The position numbers were made by a program, and so were the translations under genes. Below are positions 55,196 through 64,000 of a stretch of 64,000 nt of DNA, piece after piece (positions within the stretch are counted from its first letter, which is position 1; each line of letters begins with the position of its first letter). The notes under the pieces were generated by a model that worked only from the letters and a program-made list of their open reading frames with translations, was not told the origin of the DNA and did not search any database. Source of the DNA: Mayamaea pseudoterrestris. Its lineage: Eukaryota. Location of the stretch: contig BROI01000002.1 in assembly GCA_027923505.1 (NCBI GenBank), positions 1,426,001 to 1,490,000 of the forward strand, written 5' to 3'.

Positions 55196-55885
55196 GTGCT
55201 AACAGCGAAACCCGGCCCTAAAGTGCCTGCACCGCCAGCTTCTGCGTACGCTATCTTTGTCTTAAAGCGCTTGAAGAACCAAAGAAGCGTCTCGTTTTTC
55301 GATTTTAATGTACATGTCAGTCAGGGCCTTGAGCCAACTCTTCTTCTGCGTTCCCCACTGTGGTTCACAAATCCACTTTCTTTAACGGTTCTTTGTAAAA
55401 TTTGTCGCGCGGAAAAGCTTTTTTTAAAGAGGAGCAGGCAACGTATCAGCGTCTCGCAATGAAATCTACGAGCGCTATCATGAAGAGGTTTCTTCGCTCA
55501 TCTCGAGAAGCCGCAGTCGCCATTAAGGCTTGGGTAGCGAGCTGCATAAGTGGAAGCAAAAGAATGATCCAAACACTTTCAAAAATCCAATGAATGCATT
55601 TATGGTTTTCTGCAACGATTTTCGGACGAGTGTCAAGAAATTGTGCCCAGGTATTTTGCAGAATGACGCGACAATACTTGCTGGGGATGCTTGGCGCAAG
55701 ATGGACGACAGGAGAAGGAAGTTTACCTCAAAAATGCAAAAATTCTACATGAGAAGTACAAAGCAGATATAACAGCTTATGAACTATCCAAGTCTGCTGC
55801 GGCGTCTGTGAAACCACAGCCAGACATGAAGAATTTTGAGGACGATGGAAGCAGGGAGATGTTGAGCAAGGCAAAAGTGATGTGA
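55196..55885 (+). pseudogene. Degenerate HMG-box gene with frameshifts; paralogue of the downstream HMG-box gene
   Basis: DPNTFKNPMNAFMVFCNDFR...AGDAWRKMDD, then a frame change near 55710 to EKEVYLKNA...YELSKSAAA. A second broken HMG-like start (P.PPASAYAIF) lies near 55225. The 5' boundary is uncertain. Confidence 0.7.
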
Positions 55886-56542
55886 TTCAAGCGCATGCGC
55901 AGCATTGTGTCGTTACGCCGCATTATTGAGCGATATGTGCAAGTATGAGCATCACCGTGTCACAGTATTGCTGGACAAAGCTAGCTTGTATTTTCCAATG
56001 AGCCTGTCCACTGGTATAATAGACCACACAAATTGCCTAATATCACCAAAACGAAACATTCGACGATAACGGTCGGTGCCGGGATGGTGCAACAAGGGTT
56101 ACGCCGACGGTAAGCCTAAGCACTTGGCGGCACATGACGCTCCGTCTGCACCTCGATGGCATTCGAGAGCTGACTGTTAAACGGCATTCACATTGGAGAT
56201 GAGTGGATAATTGCGCGAGCGTGGAATGTTCTCGCACCTTTAATTCACGTTCCTTCCTTTGGAGTTTATAGAGCGAACCGACACGCTTCTATGTGGGTCC
56301 AGTGCTATTGCGTTTGACCGTGACCGATAGAAATGTCTTAACTGTAAATAAGGGGGACCCGTGACTGACAGTGAGGAGAATTCAACTGCTATTGTGTTTA
56401 CCGCAATCCCAACGTTTAAATCGCGCGAGATTAACCGGTACTTTACTTTTACTTTCGACCCTTTCGCAAAGCTCGGTCCAGTCAAACTACATTTTTTGAG
56501 CCATCGCGATATAACCAGAGCAGCAACACCTTGATAATCAGC

Positions 56543-58165
56543 ATGTCAGCCCAGCACCAATCCGTGCAGCGCAAAGCAAGTAGCGGCCAATATACTTGGT
56601 TGGATGCAAAGCTTGCCAACGACCGAAGCCATCCGAGTACCAACACCGACCGTCTTTTCCGCACAACTATACGTGAGCCCCACAGCAACGATGTGACCAA
56701 TTTTGAATCCGTTTCCGACTGGCTTCTTAAAACTCTGCGGGATACACCTCATTTTTTGGTGCGTGTTGCCCGCCGCGCAGTCCCTGCAGGCGTAGGAGGC
56801 TGCTTACTTGATTCTGAAATTGGCCGCATGCTTGTCCTCGTTGGCAATGTGAAAGTTCTCCCCAAAAGAGTTCCTCGGTGGACTGTCTCCGTCACGAATG
56901 TGCTTGCGGAGGATGAATCAAAGCAGCATGGGTATGCCCACAGTCCAGGTGGATCAATATGGGAGCTTGCCGGCGCACTCGAGACTCGAGCACCAGTTGT
57001 CGTCTTGGCCAAGTTCTCTGGCACCTGCGGACTTAACGAGCGTAATATTGTAACAACGCATCTGTTTTGCGAAGACAACGAGGATATTTTAAGTGTGCCG
57101 CGAACAAAGGTCTATCCTACTTTCATGGAAGCTCAGCTGGAACTTAATTTGCGCGTTGCGTGCGCAGATGAGCTGCAGGCAACAAACAACACTATCGTTT
57201 CAGAAGCACAATCTGAGGAAGGAGCGCATGCAACGTTGAATCAGCATCCAGCTGCTGCACAGAATGTTGCGACTGCGATTGCTGCGGCCGTGATGGATGA
57301 GAAAGAAGCGACGGAGACGCTGGTGGAATCTTCCAAAAGTGGTCATCACCCCGTGGAGATTCAATTTGAAAAACCAAAGAAGAAGCCCAGGACGAAGCAA
57401 AGGCAGAAGGGAAAGAGCGATCCAAACGCTGTAAAGCAACCAATGAATGGATTTCTGGCATACTGCAACGATTTTCGAGCAGAAAACCCGAATTTGATGC
57501 CTACGGAGGTTGCAAAACTTGCGGGGCAAGAGTGGAAAATCTTGGATGAAACGAAAAAGGAATCGTATCTTAAAAGTGCCCAGATCCGAAAGGCGAAGTA
57601 TCGAGAAGATAAGAAATCATATGAACTGTCCAAGGCAGTGGCGGCGGTGGCATCATCATCACTATCATCATTGACGTCGGCCATGGTAGAAATGAACAAC
57701 AAGAGCAAGGGCTCGGCGTCGACGGCTACCCATCAGAGGAATTCAGAGAAAAAGGCAGAGTCATCATCACGGAAGACTACCGATATTGTTGCAAGTAAAA
57801 ACACTGTATCGGGAGAGGAGTGCAGCAAAACAGGTATCGTGTGGAAAGTCCACTGCAGTGACAGTTCCGAAACAAGAGATGACGACAGCTCAAGCGACTA
57901 CGACATTGCAAAGGACGAGTGGAATGGCGACTCAAGTGACAGTTCCAAGGCAAGCGATTACGACAGCTCAAGCGACAATGACATTACAACGGAAGGAGCA
58001 AACGTCTGCACGGCTGCCAACAAACCGAAGATGGCGTTAAAGTCACCTGTAGCGGCGGAAACGTGCGGCAAAAGGAAGTCGCAAAGTGGCTATAAGCAAG
58101 GTGGGAACCAGCTTTTGTGTTGTGATTCGCCTGCTCGTTCGTCGGCAATGCCAGAGATACCATAG
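56543..58165 (+). CDS. HMG-box protein with uncharacterised N-terminal region and Ser/Asp-rich tail
   Basis: DPNAVKQPMNGFLAYCNDFRAENPNL...EVAKLAGQEWKILDE.KK..Y...A...K.KY is a canonical HMG box. Confidence 0.85.
   Translation: MSAQHQSVQRKASSGQYTWLDAKLANDRSHPSTNTDRLFRTTIREPHSNDVTNFESVSDWLLKTLRDTPHFLVRVARRAVPAGVGGCLLDSEIGRMLVLVGNVKVLPKRVPRWTVSVTNVLAEDESKQHGYAHSPGGSIWELAGALETRAPVVVLAKFSGTCGLNERNIVTTHLFCEDNEDILSVPRTKVYPTFMEAQLELNLRVACADELQATNNTIVSEAQSEEGAHATLNQHPAAAQNVATAIAAAVMDEKEATETLVESSKSGHHPVEIQFEKPKKKPRTKQRQKGKSDPNAVKQPMNGFLAYCNDFRAENPNLMPTEVAKLAGQEWKILDETKKESYLKSAQIRKAKYREDKKSYELSKAVAAVASSSLSSLTSAMVEMNNKSKGSASTATHQRNSEKKAESSSRKTTDIVASKNTVSGEECSKTGIVWKVHCSDSSETRDDDSSSDYDIAKDEWNGDSSDSSKASDYDSSSDNDITTEGANVCTAANKPKMALKSPVAAETCGKRKSQSGYKQGGNQLLCCDSPARSSAMPEIP
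57857..57995 (+). repeat. 78-bp-period coding duplication in the acidic tail
   Basis: SDSSETRDDDSSSDYDI / SDSSKASDYDSSSDNDI; agtgacagttcc starts at 57857 and 57935. Confidence 0.8.
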
Positions 58166-58776
58166 CCAGCACCGATGGGGCGCAAGGCTGCTGGCAAGAA
58201 GGAGAAAGATGAACTCAGAGTAAAATTGTGGTGTGCTCGGGGCACCTGCAACGCATTATCATGTGATATGAGCGTGTGATATACCAACCATTATCGACGT
58301 ATCGTGCGACTACATGCGCAAGACCTATCCCAGGAGCTTGCTGAGTAAAAATAAAAAACTTATACACAGCGTTAAAGTTTTAACGCTATAACAATGTAAA
58401 AGCATCTAGCTTGAATGATGTTGCTACTGCACACTCTACTAATGCATAATACAGTGGTTTCGGCAATTCGTACGCACGATGGGTAGCTGGGAGCTATCCC
58501 GTTGCGACATATCAATGCAGATGCTCGAGCCATCATCAATTTCCCTTTAACCGATCGAAATGAAACATTGACTGGTTGCCTGATCAAGCCTGCGATTTAA
58601 CTCAAAAGATCTGCCTATATTTGAAAGCTACTGTACTCTAGTAAAGGAATCAGTAGACGAAGCAAAAGCTTGATAAGAAGTTGATGCAAAGACTCGCGAC
58701 TGGAATTCTTCGGCAGCAGCAAACGTCATTCGCTCGATTTTACAGTCCTACGCGCTCCAACAATCTACCAACTACC

Positions 58777-60753
58777 ATGAAACTTCGTACTCTTCCATAC
58801 TACTCGACGGCTTTCATTGCGGTTGGTGGTGCTACACTGTCAAGTCGATTTGCATCAGCTTGGGTCAGCTCCTTAGTAGCCGCTAGAGCAACGACTCGTT
58901 CCATTCGCATGCAGTCACGCTTTTCCACCGTCGCACCTTCAGTGGACGAGTCGGCAGACCCAGCAGCTTCCAGCGACACCCCATCTGCTGCTAGTACCAC
59001 TGTTTCGGAGGGCACGATTGTCGCTCGATTTCCGGGAGGCTTGACGGCGGTGCGGCTCACGGACGGCGACGCGCGCATCGGCAGCGACGGTACAAACGCA
59101 CCTATCACACTGAGACCATCCCTCGGCGGCGCCATTACCTCGTTTGATCTGCAGGGACGAAACGTGCTATTTCCGGATGGAACGAGTGGTGTGGTGGTGG
59201 CGCATCGTCCGCCCGTCGTGTTCGTCTTGAGCGATGGAGGTGCAGAAGCGCTTGCTACTACCAATGGCTTGGTGAGGGTGCAGAGCGACGCGGCTACCAT
59301 TTCCGTTTCACCAAATCAGCGGATATTCGACTTGCACGGCAAAAACTTGCATGAAGAAAATGCAGATTGTATAAATAAAGTTGGTGATAGCCAAGCAGCA
59401 GCAACTAAGATGACACGACCAATATTTGCTACCATTCCACAAGTCAAGGACATTTCTCTCATTAACAAACCCATGCTGACGGGTGTCACCATGATGGACT
59501 CGCTAGCGCCCATTGGCAAGGGACAAAACATGCTCATGATTGGTCACGACTTGAACGCCATGCGGGGCTACGTCATGGACTGCCTTGAAACGCAGGTGCG
59601 TGAAGACAACGTGAAAATTATTTACGCGACCACGGAGAACGAAAGGACGACGCTGGAGGAGCTGACCAAGCGTGGCATTGAAAAGAGTGTGCACATTGTT
59701 GCTCCGACGCGTCACGAAAAGGACGATGCGTCAAAAGCAGCGGAAGCAGTGGCAATTGCCAGTGCGGCATGTTCTGTTGCTGAAATGTATGCCATAGAAC
59801 ATGGTATGGATGCATTGGTTGTCGTAGATACGATTGACCTGCACAAGCAGCTATGGGACATTTCCACACGCGTCCTTGTGGATGTCTTTGGCGTCGATGC
59901 CGTCGTGGAAGCGGATCGAACGGGTGGAGCCTCCTCGGAAATGAGAGTCTTCTTTTCATCACTGGTACAGCGGTCGGCGCAGTACAAGGAAAGTAGAGGA
60001 GGCGGTAGCGTCACCTTGTTGTTGCTGACATCCATTCTTAATGAAGGTGCATCGGCAGACACTGTCTTTTCGGAGCAAGACTTTGCGCAAAGCCCCGAAA
60101 AGATCAAGTTGCGAATCAAGCTCCTGACTGGTCGAAGCATTCCTTTGACAGCAGCAAATCTTCGCAAGGTTGACATTCCTATTCCATCAGATGGAAGTCG
60201 TCTTTTGGCATTGCAGCACGTGGATGAACTCATATCCATGTCGGACGGTCAAATATGGCTGGATGAGCGCTTGGAATCGCAAGGCCAGTGGCCGCCTATG
60301 AACCCGCAGCGTTCCGTCACTCGCATTGGAATTGGCGCCGACACTGACTCACGGGCCGACGCTCCCGCTCTTCGTCGGCTTGATGGACGCTTTCGGTTGG
60401 ACCTTTCGCAAGCATTCAACATGGTGGGTGCAGACGAGACGGCTGCCACCAAGCGACAAGTCCAACGGAAAGATGCCCTGCTACTTGCCATGCATCAAAT
60501 GCCCGGAGCAGGTGGTCGGCGCTTGTCAGAGTCATGTGTGCTACTGCTGGCGGCCACGACGGGCATTTTGGATGCCGCTGTAGCTTCCGGAGCAACGCCA
60601 GGCTCTGATCGAGGGGAGCGAGCAGTTAAAGGCTTGCTCAAGCATGTTTTGCAATCGGCTCCGGATGCGTTGGCAACGATTGACCAAACACTAGATATGA
60701 CTGACAAGGTCAAGGAGCCAATCATGGCTGCCTTAAATTCATATTCCGTTTAA
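58777..60753 (+). CDS. Divergent F1 ATP synthase alpha-subunit-like protein, nucleus-encoded with plastid-type presequence
   Basis: PMLTGVTMMDSLAPIGKGQ, A.MY...G.DALVVVD, LVQRSA...GGGSVT.L, LISMSDGQIWLD, PPMN..RSVTRIG and RLDLSQ align in order with AtpA motifs. Leader ends ASA-W. Walker A is absent. Confidence 0.8.
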   Translation: MKLRTLPYYSTAFIAVGGATLSSRFASAWVSSLVAARATTRSIRMQSRFSTVAPSVDESADPAASSDTPSAASTTVSEGTIVARFPGGLTAVRLTDGDARIGSDGTNAPITLRPSLGGAITSFDLQGRNVLFPDGTSGVVVAHRPPVVFVLSDGGAEALATTNGLVRVQSDAATISVSPNQRIFDLHGKNLHEENADCINKVGDSQAAATKMTRPIFATIPQVKDISLINKPMLTGVTMMDSLAPIGKGQNMLMIGHDLNAMRGYVMDCLETQVREDNVKIIYATTENERTTLEELTKRGIEKSVHIVAPTRHEKDDASKAAEAVAIASAACSVAEMYAIEHGMDALVVVDTIDLHKQLWDISTRVLVDVFGVDAVVEADRTGGASSEMRVFFSSLVQRSAQYKESRGGGSVTLLLLTSILNEGASADTVFSEQDFAQSPEKIKLRIKLLTGRSIPLTAANLRKVDIPIPSDGSRLLALQHVDELISMSDGQIWLDERLESQGQWPPMNPQRSVTRIGIGADTDSRADAPALRRLDGRFRLDLSQAFNMVGADETAATKRQVQRKDALLLAMHQMPGAGGRRLSESCVLLLAATTGILDAAVASGATPGSDRGERAVKGLLKHVLQSAPDALATIDQTLDMTDKVKEPIMAALNSYSV

Positions 60754-61053
60754 TAATCTAACGATATATCGCAGGAGACAAGGTGCTTACTTGAACGGAC
60801 TTACTGTTTGCATAGTTGTGTAATTCCAAGCGTCGTTCCCCCAATTGCATGTGTAGCGTGTACGGTAAATCGGCTAAAATCGGGGGATTGCTACTCCATG
60901 TGCTGGTATATAGGATGGGCATCATATATTGGTTCTACGTACCGGTAGGTGGGAGTTTAGCAACAATCCGACGTCATCCAAACCATCATACCGTTACACA
61001 GAATGATGAAATTTTGCTCAAAATGTATCTCTATTCCTTATATGTACGAACGC

Positions 61054-62238
61054 TCATGTGCAAGTGAGGCATTTGCCTCTCGTAAAGTTGAACAATGGAT
61101 TCTCATAGTCGGCCTGATAAAACTGCTCCACTTTCATTTCAATCTGCGGCGAAAGCCACTTCCAGTGCTTGAAGGCCGCCCAAGTAACATGCTCGCCAGC
61201 CGCTTCAATCGACTGCGATGCAAAAATGCTAGAGTTTCCATGTTTGCCCCAGCCACTCCTGCCGTAAGTGTCCCAAGCATTGATACGCTGCCGCTTGGTT
61301 TTGCTCCAGCTATTCAGTGACTCCAGCAAAGCCTTGGCATCCTCCGCCGCATTTTCAACATGCAAGACTCGGTCAATATACGGCCAATACTTTAAATCCA
61401 CTCGCTTGTGCTGCGGCGTCCAGTGCTGATCGTCGCAAATGGCAGCGAGTCGAAGAAACCCAGAAGCCGAATCGGCAGCCTCGTAGCAATGTTTAGCATC
61501 CAGCAGTGAATTGTCTTCGGGACAGCAGCGATCAATGATATGCCGATGATCATTCGATAGCGCCTTGTCCAGAAAGGAGCTGAGGAAGCGTTGCTTTGGC
61601 TCTCGCACCATGATGGCTCGCGTCCAATCTGGACTCGTCATTATTGTAGACGCTTCCCTTAACGTAAAATTGTACAAGTACAATAGGCCGTTGGTGTCTG
61701 GATTATGCGGAAGACCAAGCTCGGCATCCTGTGATAACCAGTCGTCATGATTCATGATGCGTCGAAATAACTGCTTCCAGACGGTGCAGCCAACCTTGGG
61801 AATGGTGAAAAAGACGAGCTTGAGCGAAGGAATGACAATGGGTGATGAATCCCAATTGTCAGGGTTTTGAAAGTATATAACGTCGCCTGCTTTGACCAAA
61901 TCTTTTTGTACACCGGATTTTCGTCTGGAGAGAGGTCGAAAGCGTTGCTTTGGTCGTAAAAAGTAGGCCGGATGATTGACTGGGGCACCGTTCAAGCCAT
62001 CAAGCGGCAGCAACTGCCTTGATGAGCCATCCAGAAGCAGCATTTCGCTTACATTGAAAATCAAAACGAGAAAGACGCATGCTGCTGGAACTAATGATAT
62101 ACTCTTGCAGCTCTTCGCCGGCTGTCGGTAGGTAGGAGAAGGCTCGGTGCCTAACATATCTGTCATGGTGACTACCGGTAGTACTTGTAGCACTTGTGGT
62201 TGATCTTCTCGCGTTTCAAAATGCCGTTGGAATATCAT
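61054..62238 (-). CDS. Golgi-type carbohydrate sulfotransferase (Sulfotransfer_2 family)
   Basis: TM segment, 5'-PSB motif FFTIPKVGCTVWK, 3'-PB motif VREPKQRFLSSFLDK, HW.PQ and Y..DY. Confidence 0.88.
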   Translation of the reverse strand: MIFQRHFETREDQPQVLQVLPVVTMTDMLGTEPSPTYRQPAKSCKSISLVPAACVFLVLIFNVSEMLLLDGSSRQLLPLDGLNGAPVNHPAYFLRPKQRFRPLSRRKSGVQKDLVKAGDVIYFQNPDNWDSSPIVIPSLKLVFFTIPKVGCTVWKQLFRRIMNHDDWLSQDAELGLPHNPDTNGLLYLYNFTLREASTIMTSPDWTRAIMVREPKQRFLSSFLDKALSNDHRHIIDRCCPEDNSLLDAKHCYEAADSASGFLRLAAICDDQHWTPQHKRVDLKYWPYIDRVLHVENAAEDAKALLESLNSWSKTKRQRINAWDTYGRSGWGKHGNSSIFASQSIEAAGEHVTWAAFKHWKWLSPQIEMKVEQFYQADYENPLFNFTRGKCLTCT

Positions 62239-62630
62239 GACGTTTTGGGGCTTAACTATATTTTTCCTCCACCTCCGTTGGAGTCATGGTACGATAAAAG
62301 GACGTTTTTATAAAGCTATGTGGTTAAATAGAGATGAGCCCGACCAAGTTGGCGATGCTCCATGTTTGAAGTGGCGAAGAATATTCAAATGTTGATGGAA
62401 GTAGCGCTTTCTTTGAATCGCATTGTGGGATAATGTACCCATTGGCGGATGGAGGGTCTGTGATCGAGCAGCAGCAGCTGCTTAACGCCACAGCTGGCTT
62501 TCTGTGGGTCTATTATGTTCTTACCTGCTCAAGGGAGGAGGAGCCATTCTGAGGTAGCAGTATAAATATGAACGTCTCGTTATTTATATGGCCACAACTT
62601 GCCACGGCCACACTCGTCCCCTCCATCGCA

Positions 62631-63860
62631 CTAATATTCCTCGACATCATGCTGTCGATGAATCGTGGGTGGCTCGCCTCCATTGGCCTGGAGCATTGAC
62701 TCCCACAATTTTTCCATTACAAGCAAGCGCTGCGTCGACATGTCAATGCCTTGTAGAAACTGGACCCGCTCCGCTCCAGGGCTCAATGCTTGCAGCTGTT
62801 GCATAACTAGCTGAGATGCGTGTTTCGCTTGGGCGAGTTTGATCTCACGCTCCTCTGGTCCCATGGATAACAGTTCCCCGAGAATTTCCTGATGGAGCTT
62901 GGAAGCTTGCTTCGCCATGTCCCATTGACTTGCTTGCTCAGCGGCATTACCTTTCTGGGAATCCTCTCGTATATGCTCTGATGATGGTACGTTTACAGCT
63001 AGATTATCATTGCTTGTTGTCAATGTCGACGTTGCAATCACTTGCCCCGATGCCGCGTCAATAATCTGCTCGGAATATTCCACGTTGACGACGCGCGTGG
63101 AGCCTCCTTGATCATGATCGTTCAGACTCGACTTCATCGACTCCATGGTGGCGTTTTGAATGGCGGCACTTAATGTGGCGCCCATGTTTGCCAACAGACG
63201 AGTTAATTCCTCGTCGTTAGATGATGCTTCAAGTAGTCGCTTGATTTCCGCCGCTCCAAAGTCTGCATCGTAGCCAATGGCACGGAGGAACATTTGCTGA
63301 ATCCGTTCCAATCGCTCCTGCGGAAAGAATGGGGCTGGCAACGTTTCGTGCAAGTCGGCAAAAAGTGGTGCGCCAGACGAAAGGTGTGACTGGACGTTGG
63401 GCAGTCGGACTGCAACGTTGCACAAGCCAATGAATTCCACTAGATCCGACCGACTCATAGAACCTGATGACTTCAGTGATCGTTGTTTCCTTGCCGCATA
63501 TGATTGGACTTCCCATGAACATTCCGAGTGTAGCACTAATCGAGCAAAGGCAAGGCGAGCAGCTTCATTCATCTTGTCCATAACAGTCTTGACTGGGAGC
63601 GGCAGAAGTTCTTCTCGCGTTCCAAGCTTTTGTAAATGGGCTTGGACTTGACTCGTCGTAACATGCTTATCGCCAGACTCTTGTGCTGCGTTGTACTGGT
63701 TTATCCATTGCTCTAAACATGCAAGTTGCGTCGACAAGAGGCGCTGGCGAATCTCGGAAATGTCAAGTGCAGCAGCCGAAGCTTGATCCAAGACGAGTTC
63801 GTTCAGTGACTTCTCGGCCAATTCAAAGAATTCAATAAAAACAGAGTCGTTCAGTTCCAT
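62631..63860 (-). CDS. Hypothetical all-helical protein
   Basis: 409-aa uninterrupted ORF with natural helical composition. No motif recognised. Confidence 0.7.
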   Translation of the reverse strand: MELNDSVFIEFFELAEKSLNELVLDQASAAALDISEIRQRLLSTQLACLEQWINQYNAAQESGDKHVTTSQVQAHLQKLGTREELLPLPVKTVMDKMNEAARLAFARLVLHSECSWEVQSYAARKQRSLKSSGSMSRSDLVEFIGLCNVAVRLPNVQSHLSSGAPLFADLHETLPAPFFPQERLERIQQMFLRAIGYDADFGAAEIKRLLEASSNDEELTRLLANMGATLSAAIQNATMESMKSSLNDHDQGGSTRVVNVEYSEQIIDAASGQVIATSTLTTSNDNLAVNVPSSEHIREDSQKGNAAEQASQWDMAKQASKLHQEILGELLSMGPEEREIKLAQAKHASQLVMQQLQALSPGAERVQFLQGIDMSTQRLLVMEKLWESMLQANGGEPPTIHRQHDVEEY

Positions 63861-64000
63861 GTTTAACCGGATGTGAAAGAGAACAACAATCGTAGCTTTC
63901 TACAACGACAAAAGCCTGCCTTTTGGACTGGACGCTGCGACGATCTTGTGACGATTTTGCTTTGATCGTCGAACGGTTTATATAGATTCTGAGAACCTTT

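Noticed and set aside
13143..62238. Fucosyltransferase, SGNH acyltransferase and sulfotransferase as a polysaccharide biosynthesis cluster
   Set aside because: They are separated by 15-30 kb of unrelated housekeeping genes, and these families are abundant in diatom genomes.

Overview
Gene-dense eukaryotic nuclear DNA, almost certainly from a diatom. The evidence is short GT-AG introns with CTAAC branch points, bipartite signal peptide + ASAF-type plastid presequences, and diatom-type hypothetical families; the species cannot be named from the sequence alone. About 30 protein-coding loci are supported. Most are housekeeping: ELF1, OTU protease, DPH7, MiaB, prolyl 4-hydroxylase, proteasome beta-6, eIF3b, ArfGAP, an MFS transporter, RNase H2C, COPA, Era, clathrin heavy chain, GCH1, AK-HSDH, ALG14 and a sulfotransferase. 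No rRNA, tRNA, CRISPR array or intact transposon was recognised. The most unusual items: (1) a thylakoid-lumen-targeted precursor made of five near-identical Lys/Gly-rich 35-36 aa units, possibly a polyprotein of small lumenal peptides; (2) a nucleus-encoded, plastid-targeted ATP synthase alpha paralogue that has lost the P-loop but keeps the arginine finger; (3) a parvulin-like domain fused to MiaB; (4) signal-peptide-bearing proteasome and OTU proteins, candidates for the periplastid compartment; (5) an AK-HSDH whose dehydrogenase catalytic residues are substituted; (6) three disrupted genes and a gene-poor stretch of about 5.5 kb with decayed duplications. All family assignments come from motif recognition by eye; no searches were run.
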